A DNA stretch of 64,000 bases from the NCBI GenBank assembly GCA_037443035.1, contig JBBIPC010000006.1, positions 32,001-96,000 of the forward strand. Direction: 5' to 3'. The translations under genes and the position numbers were made by a program. This stretch comes from Chthonomonadales bacterium. GTDB taxonomy: Bacteria; Armatimonadota; Chthonomonadetes; Chthonomonadales; CAJBBX01. The notes below the pieces were generated by a model that was given only the letters and a program-made list of their open reading frames with translations, did not search any database and was not told where the DNA came from. Positions 29,681 through 39,964 of the stretch are shown here, one piece after another; positions within the stretch are counted from its first letter, which is position 1; every line of letters starts with the position of its first letter.

Positions 29681-32668
29681 ATGCACGTAGAGGACGTCGG
29701 GGAGGAACGCGACGGGGGGTCCGTCGCTGCGCCCGATTCGTCGTCGGTAGCCCAACCATCTTCAGTACCTGAGGACGCCAGCGGCACTCCACCACGAGAA
29801 CGTACCTCGTCACAGCGCTCCAGGCTGGAATCTGCCGTGCCTTCGGATCTCAGTTCCGACGCACAAATGACGGCCGTGGCGCAATCTCAGGCGGAGACTG
29901 GAGCGAAGGCCGGCAAGGACAGTGGCAAGCGTTCGTCCCGTTCGCGATCTCGCAGGTCTCGAAGCACGCCAAGCCCAAGCAAGGCGGATGATCGAGCTGC
30001 TGTCGAGTCAGTAACCCCGCCTGAGGAGACGCAGGCGCATGATATCGTTCCGGATGCTGTAGCTGAACTGCGTGAACCTGTTGTGGCTCGACAGGCCCGC
30101 CCACGGAGAGTCTCGAAGACACGGCGATCCGCGGAGCCGGATGCGCAGGCGTTGGCGGCTGCGCAAAGCAACGACCAGGTGGTGGATACTGGTGCTCCTC
30201 GGTCAGCACGCAAGGCGGCTCGCCAGGGGGCCGAACCAACGCGGGCACGTATTGCCGTACGCAAGGGATTGCCGGAGATCGTCGTCTCGGACGAAACACT
30301 GCCTCCCGCCATGCTGTTCGGCAACGTCACTGCCTCGGGCGCTTCACGCAGGGTCCACAGCCAGGCCGTACGTGCCGCTGCGAACGGAGTGCGCCTTCTC
30401 TCGACGCTAGTCGAGCTTGTCTGCCCCATGCCACCGGATGACACGGTGTACCAGATGCTGGATGAGCGGATGGAGCTGTTGTTGAGCGTAGGGCGCGATG
30501 TGTATGTCATCCCTCGCGTCGTCTTCGTGCCTTCGCCGATCTGGCGCGAGCAGTACCCCATGGAAATCCAGGCATACGAACGTGGCAAGGGCGAGGATCC
30601 CTCCATCGCTTCCGACCATTACTGGGACGAGGCCGGACGGTCTCTGCGACTGCTCATAGAACATGCTCGAAGAACCAGTTACGGCCATCGCGTGATCGGT
30701 TACCATCTGGAACGGGGGGAGTGGTTTCAGCCAATAGACGCAGGCTTCGACCGATGCTATGCCAATCGCGAAGGCTTCCGGCGCTGGCTGCGTCGGAAGT
30801 ACGGGGATAGCGAAGTCGCCCTGCGTGCCGCCTGGTTCGACGGCAAGGCCCAGTTTTTCACTGCGGAGATTCCACCCGTTCCGCAACCACTGCCTGCGGT
30901 GCCTTTCTTCGACCCACGCCGCGAGCGGAGGTGGATCGATTTCATGGAGTACACGTCCGACATGACCGCCGAGCGGATCATGGCTCTCGCGAAGGTCGTG
31001 AAGGAAGCTACGGAGGGCCGTGCACTTGTGTCGGCGTGCTACGGCTACACTTGGGAGTTCGCCCAGCCGTGGTCCGGTCATCTCGCGTTAGAACGACTGC
31101 TGGAATGCCCGGACATAGACATACTGACGGGGCCCATTTCCTATGCAGAACGGTCTCCAGGCGCATCCGGAGCTTTGCCTGGACCAGTGGATAGCGTCCT
31201 CCTCCACGGGAAGTTGTGGATGGTCGAAGACGACACGAAGACGCACTTGGCTAGGCCATCATCGAGCTTGGACAGCTTCAATCCGCGCATGGACAACAAG
31301 GGCGCTACAGCAGCGGTCCATCTGCGCACCATCGGAACGGCGCTGGCCCACCAGCTCGGTGTGGCGTGGATGGATCTGTGGGGAGAGGGTTGGCTAGACG
31401 GCGACGAGATCTGGGGGACGTTGGGGTGGTTCACGGACATAGCAGCACGTTGTTCCAAGACACGCCGTCGCACCTCACCAGAGGTCGTGGCACTCCTGGA
31501 TGAGAGGAGCCTGTGCCACTTCAACGGCGGCGAAGGGCTCATGCAGAAGGTTCTCCTGTCGAACCGTGAGAGCCTGTGCCGATGCGGAGCAACAGTCGGC
31601 GTCTACCTGCAAAGCGATGTCATCCACAAGGACTTTCCGACCGATGCGAAGCTCTACCTCTTCCTGACTCCGTACCGCCTCCCTGAGGCGCAACGCGCGG
31701 CCATCCGGGATAAGCTCTGGGGTGGTGGAAGGACACTCGTGTGGTTCTACGGTGTCGGGACGATGACGGATCGCGACGCGTTGGAAGAGCCGACCCCCGA
31801 CGTCGTGGGGCTGAACTTGCGTCCGCAGCCCTGGCATTCCGAAATCGGGACCCGCATTGTGCAACCGGGTCACGTCGTTGTCCAGGGCGTGCCTGACCGC
31901 ACGCTCGGCACGCGCATGTGCCTGAATCCCTCCTACTATGTGGATGACGATAGCCCTGGCATGGTGATCCTCGGCGAGTATGAGCAGACTGGCCTGCCGT
32001 CCCTCGTACTGCGAAACTACGGACACGGTACGACCGTTTTCTGCGGCGAGCCCATGCTGACGCCGGAACTGCTTCGCGGGCTCTGCCGGTACGCTGGCGT
32101 ACACCTCTACACCCGGGCCCCTGAAGACTACGCGCAAGCTGGCTATGGATGGCTCACGCTCCATGTCCTGCGCGACGGCTTCCGTACCCTGACGCTTCCA
32201 GACGGCACGATAGCCTGCGATGCGTCCGAGCGGATATGCTCCTTGTCGGGTGCCAGGGAATATCGCAGCCAGGTGCGCGCGAAGGGCACCTATGTGTTCT
32301 ACATCGGTCCGCAGGAAATAGCCCGGAAACTCGGTTTCGAGCCAAGTCGTACGAAGCCCGCACTGCCTCCCCCCACGATGCCACCACCGCCGCCCCTGCC
32401 GACCTTCGAGCCTGCCAGACCTGCGGAGGAGCAACCTGAGACTCCGGCAGCCAGTGGGCAGATCGCTCCGATCGAGGAAGCCGCGCAGACCGCGCCCGAG
32501 CTGGTTGGTACGGAGGGCGAGGCAGGGAGCCAGGAAGGAACGGGCGCCGAGTCGGCCGGAACTAAGCGTAAGCGTCGAAGAGGCGGGCGCGGCCGGGGTC
32601 GCCGAAAGAAAACGACTAGCCGCGGATCATCGTCTGGAGGCGAGGCGACACCGGCCAGCGCCGACTGA
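29681..32668 (+). CDS. GH42-like beta-galactosidase-family protein with disordered N- and C-termini
   Basis: GYHLERGEW, FRRWLRRKYG...LRAAW, WMVEDDTKT, trimerisation-like domain; AGGAG RBS before ATG 29681. Confidence 0.78.
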   Translation: MHVEDVGEERDGGSVAAPDSSSVAQPSSVPEDASGTPPRERTSSQRSRLESAVPSDLSSDAQMTAVAQSQAETGAKAGKDSGKRSSRSRSRRSRSTPSPSKADDRAAVESVTPPEETQAHDIVPDAVAELREPVVARQARPRRVSKTRRSAEPDAQALAAAQSNDQVVDTGAPRSARKAARQGAEPTRARIAVRKGLPEIVVSDETLPPAMLFGNVTASGASRRVHSQAVRAAANGVRLLSTLVELVCPMPPDDTVYQMLDERMELLLSVGRDVYVIPRVVFVPSPIWREQYPMEIQAYERGKGEDPSIASDHYWDEAGRSLRLLIEHARRTSYGHRVIGYHLERGEWFQPIDAGFDRCYANREGFRRWLRRKYGDSEVALRAAWFDGKAQFFTAEIPPVPQPLPAVPFFDPRRERRWIDFMEYTSDMTAERIMALAKVVKEATEGRALVSACYGYTWEFAQPWSGHLALERLLECPDIDILTGPISYAERSPGASGALPGPVDSVLLHGKLWMVEDDTKTHLARPSSSLDSFNPRMDNKGATAAVHLRTIGTALAHQLGVAWMDLWGEGWLDGDEIWGTLGWFTDIAARCSKTRRRTSPEVVALLDERSLCHFNGGEGLMQKVLLSNRESLCRCGATVGVYLQSDVIHKDFPTDAKLYLFLTPYRLPEAQRAAIRDKLWGGGRTLVWFYGVGTMTDRDALEEPTPDVVGLNLRPQPWHSEIGTRIVQPGHVVVQGVPDRTLGTRMCLNPSYYVDDDSPGMVILGEYEQTGLPSLVLRNYGHGTTVFCGEPMLTPELLRGLCRYAGVHLYTRAPEDYAQAGYGWLTLHVLRDGFRTLTLPDGTIACDASERICSLSGAREYRSQVRAKGTYVFYIGPQEIARKLGFEPSRTKPALPPPTMPPPPPLPTFEPARPAEEQPETPAASGQIAPIEEAAQTAPELVGTEGEAGSQEGTGAESAGTKRKRRRGGRGRGRRKKTTSRGSSSGGEATPASAD

Positions 32669-32678
32669 GGAACTCTCC

Positions 32679-33983
32679 ATGCCACGTGTCGCTATCGAGA
32701 CGCTCGGCTGCAAGGTGAACCAGTACGAGTCGGACCAGATCCTCGCTCGCTTCGCAGCCGAGGGGTTCGAGATAGTATCGGCAGATACACCGGCCGATGT
32801 CTACGTTGTCAACACCTGTTCCGTCACGCAAGTAGCTGAGGCGAAGTCGCGCAAGGCCGTTCGTCGCATGGCACGCCTGAACCCGCGAGCGACTGTTGTC
32901 GTTACGGGATGCGACGTCGAGATGGCTAGGCGTGTGGGGCGAGCTTTCCCATCGGGAACACTGCTCGTGCCCAATGCTAGGAAGCTCGATCTAGTACGCG
33001 AAGTCCTGCAGTTCGTGCCGGGACTGCGGGAACGTCTGAAGGACGATTTGGCACCAGCCCATACGGTGTACCGGAGCCGTGTACGCACCGTGATCAAAGT
33101 GCAGGACGGGTGCGATATGTTCTGCTCCTATTGCTCCGTACCGTACACGAGAGGTCCCGTGAAATCCCGTCCATTGGCTGAGATCACGAGCGAGGTGGCA
33201 GCGGCAGTGGCATCTGGGCACCGAGAAATCGTGCTCACAGGCGTTCTCGTGGGTTCCTACGGCACAGACCTGGGCGACGAGCTGGACCTCGCGGACGTGA
33301 TGCTCGCGGTGGCTGCGGTTCCGGGCGTCGAGAGTGTGCTGTTGTCGTCCATAGAGCCGGTCCATGTGAGCCAGCGTCTCCTGGCTGTGTTCGCGCGAGA
33401 GAGGAAGGTGTGCTCTCACCTGCATATTCCTCTACAGAGCGGCGACGACCACGTCCTTCGGGCCATGGGGCGTCCATACACCTCAGACGACTACGTCGCT
33501 CTCTGTTGCAGTGCCCAGGCGCAGGTGCCGGATATGGCCATCACAACGGATATCCTTGTTGGTTTCCCTGGCGAGACGGAGGAAGCTCATCGAAGAACCA
33601 TGGCAGTGGCGGAGACCGTCGGATTCGCGCGAATGCACGTTTTCCGCTATTCCCGACGTCCTGGTACACCGGCGGCCGATATGCCTGACCAGGTGGATGA
33701 GAAGACGAAGGCTGCTCGGTCCCAGGAAATGGTTGCTCTTGGTCGGGAGCTCCGGCAACGCTTCGCAGCAAGGCATATCGGGCGCGTCTTGGAGGTCATG
33801 GCGGAGCCAGGTCCAGATGACCAGCACCTCGTTGGGTACACGCCGAACTACATTCGCGTCGTCTTTCCGACTGCAGGGCATGAGGTGGGCGAAACCGTGA
33901 GCGTACGTCTGCTTCGGGCGCTAGGCGACTGGGTCGAAGGTGAGGCAGTCGGGGTGGCCTATGACGTTCCGCTCAAGGCCTGA
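32679..33983 (+). CDS. mtaB: tRNA t6A37 methylthiotransferase
   Basis: TLGCKVNQYES, NTCSVT, KVQDGCDMFCSYC radical-SAM motif, HLHIPLQSG, C-terminal TRAM-like region. Confidence 0.93.
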   Translation: MPRVAIETLGCKVNQYESDQILARFAAEGFEIVSADTPADVYVVNTCSVTQVAEAKSRKAVRRMARLNPRATVVVTGCDVEMARRVGRAFPSGTLLVPNARKLDLVREVLQFVPGLRERLKDDLAPAHTVYRSRVRTVIKVQDGCDMFCSYCSVPYTRGPVKSRPLAEITSEVAAAVASGHREIVLTGVLVGSYGTDLGDELDLADVMLAVAAVPGVESVLLSSIEPVHVSQRLLAVFARERKVCSHLHIPLQSGDDHVLRAMGRPYTSDDYVALCCSAQAQVPDMAITTDILVGFPGETEEAHRRTMAVAETVGFARMHVFRYSRRPGTPAADMPDQVDEKTKAARSQEMVALGRELRQRFAARHIGRVLEVMAEPGPDDQHLVGYTPNYIRVVFPTAGHEVGETVSVRLLRALGDWVEGEAVGVAYDVPLKA

Positions 33984-34938
33984 GCGCCACATCTGGAGAA
34001 GGTCGAGGGCCCATCCGCGATACCACATGCGCGGCGAGACGCGTGCCCAGGGTGGCCGCACCGCGTGGAGACATTCCGCGGGACAGCCCATACAGTGTAC
34101 CCGCGGCAAACGCGTCGCCGGCCCCGGTAGTGTCTAGAGCGCGAACGGGAACGGCCGGGATCTCCTGGAGCGTTTCATTTTCCGCCACCAGCGCCCCTTC
34201 GGCGCCCATGGTAACGAAAGCTCGCCGTCCGCCTGCGCCCAGGGCTCGCGCCGCGTCGTGCACGTTGCCGGCACCCGTCAACAGCGTTGCCTCATCCGCG
34301 TTGCCGAAGACGAGGCTGACACTGTCACGAAGCAGGTCGAGAAAGTCCTCTCGATTGCGTTCCACGCAGAAGCGGTCCGCTAGGCTCAGGGCTACGGGTA
34401 TGCCTTGCCCATGTGCCTCACGAATTGCCAGACGGACGGCTTCCTTCTGTGTATCGGTGTCCCACAGGTAGCCAGTAACATACAGATATCGGCTAGCTCT
34501 AAGGTGGTCGAGTTGGAGATCCTCTGGCCGAAGGTTCCGTCCCTCTCCCAGGTGCGTGCACATCGTACGTTGTCCGTCCGGCGTCACCAGGACGATGCAC
34601 AGGCCCGTGGGACCATCTCCAACCGGCAGGTCAGGCTGCACGCCGGCGTCCTCCATCGATCGAACGTAAGCTGGGCCGAACTCGTCGGTCCCGACTCGGC
34701 TTGTGAAACACGCCGTGCCGCCAAGGTACGCTACACCGATCGTTGTGTTGGCTCCTGAACCGCCAGCTGCGGTGTTGACAACGTAGCGGCGTACATGCTT
34801 CACGACGGCGGCGTGTTGGTCGGCATCCAGAAGGTACATTGCGCCTGCTGAGAGGCCGAGTTCCTCCAATACCGATGGCGGGACCGCCGCCTGAATATCG
34901 AAGAGGGCATAGCACATGCCATAGACGTCGAAGCGCAT
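33973..34938 (-). CDS. PfkB/adenosine kinase family carbohydrate kinase
   Basis: AGGSGANT, PDGQRTM, DTTGAGDAFAAG. Confidence 0.92.
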   Translation of the reverse strand: MRFDVYGMCYALFDIQAAVPPSVLEELGLSAGAMYLLDADQHAAVVKHVRRYVVNTAAGGSGANTTIGVAYLGGTACFTSRVGTDEFGPAYVRSMEDAGVQPDLPVGDGPTGLCIVLVTPDGQRTMCTHLGEGRNLRPEDLQLDHLRASRYLYVTGYLWDTDTQKEAVRLAIREAHGQGIPVALSLADRFCVERNREDFLDLLRDSVSLVFGNADEATLLTGAGNVHDAARALGAGGRRAFVTMGAEGALVAENETLQEIPAVPVRALDTTGAGDAFAAGTLYGLSRGMSPRGAATLGTRLAAHVVSRMGPRPSPDVALRP

Positions 34939-35148
34939 GAGGGTCACTCCAACTGAGGGGTCTGAGGTCGCCGATGGACTCGCCAGCACCGTCGTTGTAC
35001 CCTGAAGACGCTCTGGTTGCACCATGTCGCGTTCGAAGCAGGTTCCGAGTAGCAGGTCTGGGGTAACCTTCTCTCGTCAAGGGCGCTGCGTGGTCCGACT
35101 GGGGTCAGGGCGGGTCGAGCAGCGAGGCGAATGGAAGTGGAGGCGAGA

Positions 35149-35940
35149 ATGGGGCTGTTCGCAAGACTGGGTGCAATGCTCGGTGTCGGCTCGGCAGGTC
35201 TGGAGTTGGCGGTTGCCAACCCGCAAGTCTTCCGGGATGGAACCGTGACCGGTGAGCTGATCGTCCACGGTGGCCGGGTCCGCCAGAAGGTGCGGCTCCT
35301 CAGCGTGGACCTGTACGAGTATTGGATCACCGGTCATGGGAAGAACCGGACATACCATCAGCGCCGCCACGAGCGCCTCACCTTGGCGGAATACCTGATC
35401 ATCGAACCACGCTCAGAGCGGAGCCACCATTTCGAGTTGCGTATACCGTCGGATGCGCGATGTACCAGGCGAAGGGAGGGCTGGGAGGTTCGTGCCGAGG
35501 CACACGTTCCCTGGAGCGTGGACCCCCGGGCGAGCACGCCGCTGCGCGTGCTCCCACACCCCGAGGTTCTTGCGATCCAGCGATGTGCTCGGGACTTCAT
35601 GGGGCTCCAGCCGCTGGAATGGGATGGGCGCGCCGCAGAGGTCATGTACAACTTCCGGTCACCGTCGTGGCTACGCGAGTTGCTGGACGGTGTTCGCTTC
35701 CGGCTGTGGGTGTCGGGTGACACGCTGGAAGCTCGCATAGACCTGAACAAGCAGGAGCGTGGACTTAGAGGTGTGTTGGGTTCGCTTGTGGGTGCCGACC
35801 ACGAGGAGTTGGTTCTCTCCGTGCCACGAAGCGCTCTCGTGACCAAGCGTGGAACACCCAATCCAGCAGGTGCCTACGAATACCTGAAAGTCATCTTCGA
35901 ACGGTTGGGGGCGGTGGTACCGCCGATGCCAGTACGATAG
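35149..35940 (+). CDS. Spo0M-like (arrestin-fold) protein
   Basis: MGLFARLGAMLGVGSA...GELIVHGG..Q, FELRIP, VDP; GGAGG RBS. Confidence 0.75.
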   Translation: MGLFARLGAMLGVGSAGLELAVANPQVFRDGTVTGELIVHGGRVRQKVRLLSVDLYEYWITGHGKNRTYHQRRHERLTLAEYLIIEPRSERSHHFELRIPSDARCTRRREGWEVRAEAHVPWSVDPRASTPLRVLPHPEVLAIQRCARDFMGLQPLEWDGRAAEVMYNFRSPSWLRELLDGVRFRLWVSGDTLEARIDLNKQERGLRGVLGSLVGADHEELVLSVPRSALVTKRGTPNPAGAYEYLKVIFERLGAVVPPMPVR

Positions 35941-35956
35941 GAGTGGAGGTGGTACG

Positions 35957-36913
35957 GTGATCGAGATGAGAAAGCTCGGGAAGAACGGTCCTGAAATCAC
36001 GACGGTGGGGTTCGGCGCATGGGCAGCCGGCGGCCCGTGGAAGTTCGGCTGGGGACCGCAGGACGACGGCGAGTCTATCGCTGCCATACGACGCGCGCTG
36101 GAACTCGGCGTGAACTGGATTGACACTGCGGCAGTGTACGGCTGGGGGCATTCCGAGGAGGTTGTCGGGCGCGCCATAGAGGGGTTTCGCCGGGACGAGG
36201 TGATCATTGCCACGAAGTGCGGACGTGTGCCGGACAAGGATCGAAATCCTATTGGAGACCTACGGCCTGAGAGCATTCGCAGGCAACTCGAGGAAAGCCT
36301 GCGACGTCTTCGAACGGATTATGTGGACTTGTACCAGTTCCACTGGCCCGACACGACGACCGGCACGCCGGTAGAGGCGTCGTGGGAGATGATGGCCAGG
36401 CTGCAGGACGAGGGGAAGGTGCGGTGGATCGGGGTGAGCAACTTCGATGTTCCCCTCATGGAGCGCTGCCAAGCTGTGCGGCACGTGGACTCGCTCCAGC
36501 CGCCCTATAGTCTGCTTCGGCGTGAGGTGGAGAGGGACATCCTCCCCTGGTGCCAAGAGAACGGGACTGGTGTTATCTGCTACAGTCCTATGCAGGCCGG
36601 CATCCTATCGGGCAACTTCGATATCAACCGGCTGGCACCGGATGACTGGAGGCGCAATAGCCCGTGGTACCAAGAGCCACAGCTTTCTCGGAATCTCCGG
36701 TTCGTGGAAGCACTTCGTCCCATCGCGGCTGGTCTGGGCAAGACCGTTGGACAGCTCGCTATCGCGTGGGTGCTGATGAACCCCGCGGTGACGGCGGCCA
36801 TTGTAGGCGCTCGGCGGCCGGAACAGGTCGAGGTGAACGTGGGCGCCATGGGCCTCAGGCTTTCGGACGACGTGATGGAGGCGATCGAGACCGCCTACGC
36901 TGGTACTGCCTGA
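35957..36913 (+). CDS. aldo/keto reductase
   Basis: GVNWIDTAAVYG, ATKCG, DYVDLYQFHWPD, IGVSNF, SLQPPYSLL. Confidence 0.95.
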   Translation: MIEMRKLGKNGPEITTVGFGAWAAGGPWKFGWGPQDDGESIAAIRRALELGVNWIDTAAVYGWGHSEEVVGRAIEGFRRDEVIIATKCGRVPDKDRNPIGDLRPESIRRQLEESLRRLRTDYVDLYQFHWPDTTTGTPVEASWEMMARLQDEGKVRWIGVSNFDVPLMERCQAVRHVDSLQPPYSLLRREVERDILPWCQENGTGVICYSPMQAGILSGNFDINRLAPDDWRRNSPWYQEPQLSRNLRFVEALRPIAAGLGKTVGQLAIAWVLMNPAVTAAIVGARRPEQVEVNVGAMGLRLSDDVMEAIETAYAGTA

Positions 36914-37584
36914 GCAGACACCAAGCGTCGCTCCAGTTCCGACCGGTAGACAGGTGCCAGAGCAGCGTCCCGCACCCAGATGCGCACCACGGGCACCTCG
37001 CCTACCAAAGCCACCGCTGCGTCCACGACGACGGGTGCGATGTCGGCGGCTGCCTTGACGCGATGCGATGTATCCTGACGGCGCGGCTGCCGGCAGAGAT
37101 CGTCGGTCCAGTCCGGTATCAGAACGGACGCGACAGCCATTGCACGCGTGTGTTCGACTGCATCCCGAACCGCCGAGAGGATCCACTCGGGTGCGTATCG
37201 CTTGCGGTCGTCCATCACCACAATGAGTCCGGTCCGCCCGAAACGATAGCGAGCACCGCTCACAACCGCGGCCTTGCCAGGCTCCACCGGCGCGAGCTTC
37301 GCCGCTTCTCGCTGTGCCTGCCCGGCGGTAGCCCCGCGTGCCCATAGAGACGAGCCTGCGACCATCTGGAGGTCCGGCGCCACCGGAACTAGCACTAGAT
37401 CTGACCGCTGGGGTAGACGCCGACCGGTCTCCCAGAGTTCGAGGCGCGTGCCCTTCTGTCTCACCACCAGAGAGGGCTTCGGTCGCCGGACTTCCCACAG
37501 CATGGCCAGTACCACCGCCGCGACAGGGATAGCTGCGACGGCAGTACCGGTCCAGATCCAGGCGGGTATCGTGAGCAATGTCAT
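36895..37584 (-). CDS. membrane-anchored degenerate macrodomain-like protein
   Basis: N-terminal TM, then DLVLVPVAPDLQMVAG...REAAKLAPVEPGKAAVVSG...SVLIP, following the macrodomain pattern. Confidence 0.65.
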   Translation of the reverse strand: MTLLTIPAWIWTGTAVAAIPVAAVVLAMLWEVRRPKPSLVVRQKGTRLELWETGRRLPQRSDLVLVPVAPDLQMVAGSSLWARGATAGQAQREAAKLAPVEPGKAAVVSGARYRFGRTGLIVVMDDRKRYAPEWILSAVRDAVEHTRAMAVASVLIPDWTDDLCRQPRRQDTSHRVKAAADIAPVVVDAAVALVGEVPVVRIWVRDAALAPVYRSELERRLVSAQAVPA

Positions 37585-37645
37585 GGATGCGTTGGTCCCT
37601 GAATGACGGCGGAGCAGCGGATGGGGCTGCTCCGCCTCCTCGAGA

Positions 37646-38878
37646 TTATGCAGCGTTAGCCTGCGCAGCCTCCTGGCTCCGCGCGTCACGGAAGAGAGCC
37701 GCGAAGATCAGCATGATGACTCCAGCGGCAATGCACGGTATCAGCCAAACGCTGAACCACTGCACCACCGAATTCACCTTATTGGCTGCGACGATACTGC
37801 CAGCAACCTGAGCGCCGATCAGCATGCCTACGCCCTGCGTCACCAGCACGAGGAAGCCTTGCGCCTGGCCGCGGATCTTCACGGATGCAACCTGGTCCAC
37901 ATAGATCTGGCCGGTCACAAAGAAGAAATCGTAGCAGATACCGTGGAGAATGATACCGCCCAGGATGAGCGGGAACATGCCATTCTGGGCTGCGGCCGCG
38001 AACAAGCCGTACCGCGTGACCCACGCGAGCATACCAACGAGGAGCATCCACTTCACGCCCAGTCTTGCGAAGAAGAATGGCATGACGAGCATGAAGAAGA
38101 TCTCGGACATCTGGCCAAATGACATGTTGAAGGCCGGATCAGCGACCCCCGTGGACATCACGAATACTGGCGCGAAGCTGTAGTAGAAGGCCAGCGGGAT
38201 GCATATCAGAAACGAACTGGCCATGAACACCGCGAACGACGGGCGCTTCAGAAGCGCGATGGAGTCGAGACCCAGGATATCGTGGACACTTGCTTTCTGT
38301 CCGGCTGCTGGCGCAGGCGTGTGAGGCAATGTGAAGCTGTAGAGTCCCAGCAAGATCGCTGCGCCACCGGCGACGAAGAATTGGACCGGAAGCGTGTCTC
38401 CGTGCATCAGCTTGCTGACAACGATATTGGCCACGATCCACCCGATGGTTCCGAAGACCCGTACCATGGGAAACTGCTTCTGCGGGTCGGTCATGTTATG
38501 AAAAGACAGTGTGTTCGTGAGTCCCAGGGTGGGCATGTAACAGAGGGTGTGCAGCAGGAGCACTACGATGAACACTGTCGGTGAGGCCTGAGCGGCTGCG
38601 GGAGCCAGCAATAGCGCCACACCTCCCAGCAGATGCATGACGGCAAGAACGCGTTCCGTTGCGAAGAACCGGTCCGCCACCATGCCTAGAAAGAACGGAG
38701 ATACGATAGCGGCAATCGGACAGAGCGAATACGCCCATGCGATCTTGTCCGTCATCTTGTTGGCGTCCATGAAGTTGCCGACAGTGACGTACCATGCTCC
38801 CCAGACGAAGAACTGAAGGAACATCATCGCCGACAGGCGAGCGCCCGTCGAGCCGTAGCCGGGCTTACCCTCACTCAT
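37646..38878 (-). CDS. MFS nucleoside:H+ symporter family permease (NupG/YegT-like)
   Basis: [54 protein letters not shown]. Confidence 0.93.
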   Translation of the reverse strand: MSEGKPGYGSTGARLSAMMFLQFFVWGAWYVTVGNFMDANKMTDKIAWAYSLCPIAAIVSPFFLGMVADRFFATERVLAVMHLLGGVALLLAPAAAQASPTVFIVVLLLHTLCYMPTLGLTNTLSFHNMTDPQKQFPMVRVFGTIGWIVANIVVSKLMHGDTLPVQFFVAGGAAILLGLYSFTLPHTPAPAAGQKASVHDILGLDSIALLKRPSFAVFMASSFLICIPLAFYYSFAPVFVMSTGVADPAFNMSFGQMSEIFFMLVMPFFFARLGVKWMLLVGMLAWVTRYGLFAAAAQNGMFPLILGGIILHGICYDFFFVTGQIYVDQVASVKIRGQAQGFLVLVTQGVGMLIGAQVAGSIVAANKVNSVVQWFSVWLIPCIAAGVIMLIFAALFRDARSQEAAQANAA

Positions 38879-39052
38879 GCGGATACTCCTCTTGCTCCAC
38901 GCCCAGGACCGCGATTGGGTCCGGGCAGAGCCACTGCATTGATGTCACAGCACATGCACTGCGTGCCATCCGAGTATTCTCCTCGCTTGCCGGACACTCC
39001 TGCTCATGGGACGGCGATCGTATCGCGGCCGTGTGCCTGCGGAGCACTGCAT

Positions 39053-39964
39053 TCACTGGACAGTACCGACCAGATCGGCTACGGATGCGATGCCGTGCCG
39101 AACGAGGTAGTCTTCGATACCCTGAATGATCTCGGGCGCTGCCATGGGGTTGACGAAGTTCACGGTACCCAGCGCAACCGCGGAAGCACCAGCCAGGAGG
39201 AACTCCACGGCGTCCGTGGCATTCATGATGCCCCCCATGCCGATAATGGGTACCGAGACGCTCTGATACGCACGCCATACGGCCAGCAGCGCAAGCGGCT
39301 TGATGCACGGTCCCGATAGACCCCCAGTTCTGTTCGCCAGACGGAACCGACGTGTCTCCGCATCAATGGCCGTGCCCACGTAGGTGTTCACGAGGGACAG
39401 AGCGTCAGCTCCTGCATCCACCGCTGATCGAGCGATAGTTCGGATGTCCGTAACGTTTGGCGAAAGCTTGGCAATGACTGGCAGTTGCGTCCGTTGGCGA
39501 ACGGCAGAAATGACTGCGTGCGTCAAGTCCGGGTCCACGCCGAACTCGATTCCGCCGCACGCCTGATTTGGACAGGAGATATTCACCTCGAGAGCAGCGA
39601 CCCCTGGCACACCATTCAGGCGCTCCACTAGGAAGCAGAAGTCTTCTAGAGAATCGGCAGCGATATTGACGATGACGGGTACGTCGTATCGTCGAAGGTA
39701 CGGGAGCTTCTCTTCGATGAACGCTTCTACGCCGGGATTCTGCAGGCCGATGGCGTTAAGCATCCCGCCCGTAACCTCCACCGTACGGGGCATGGGGTTG
39801 CCCATGCGCGGCCGGACCGTAACCGCCTTGACGGTCACAGCACCGAGGGCCTCCAAGTTGTAGAAACCTTCCCACTCCTGGCCAAAGCCGAAAGTGCCGG
39901 AGGCTGTGATGACGGGATTCCTGAGCCGTAGTGGACCGATCTGAACAGAAAGGTCAGGTCTCAT
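39053..39964 (-). CDS. pyrD: dihydroorotate dehydrogenase B, catalytic subunit
   Basis: ASGTFGFG, MLNAIGLQNPG, NISCPN, KLSPNVTDI, GGLSGP. ATG 39964 overlaps the upstream stop. Confidence 0.95.
   Translation of the reverse strand: MRPDLSVQIGPLRLRNPVITASGTFGFGQEWEGFYNLEALGAVTVKAVTVRPRMGNPMPRTVEVTGGMLNAIGLQNPGVEAFIEEKLPYLRRYDVPVIVNIAADSLEDFCFLVERLNGVPGVAALEVNISCPNQACGGIEFGVDPDLTHAVISAVRQRTQLPVIAKLSPNVTDIRTIARSAVDAGADALSLVNTYVGTAIDAETRRFRLANRTGGLSGPCIKPLALLAVWRAYQSVSVPIIGMGGIMNATDAVEFLLAGASAVALGTVNFVNPMAAPEIIQGIEDYLVRHGIASVADLVGTVQ

Noticed and set aside
35149..35940. Spo0M-like gene as evidence of sporulation
   Set aside because: Spo0M homologues are common in non-sporulating bacteria; no other sporulation genes here.
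38871..38969. 32-aa ORF with GAGGAG RBS overlapping the permease start
   Set aside because: No recognisable motif; cannot be distinguished from chance in GC-rich intergenic DNA.
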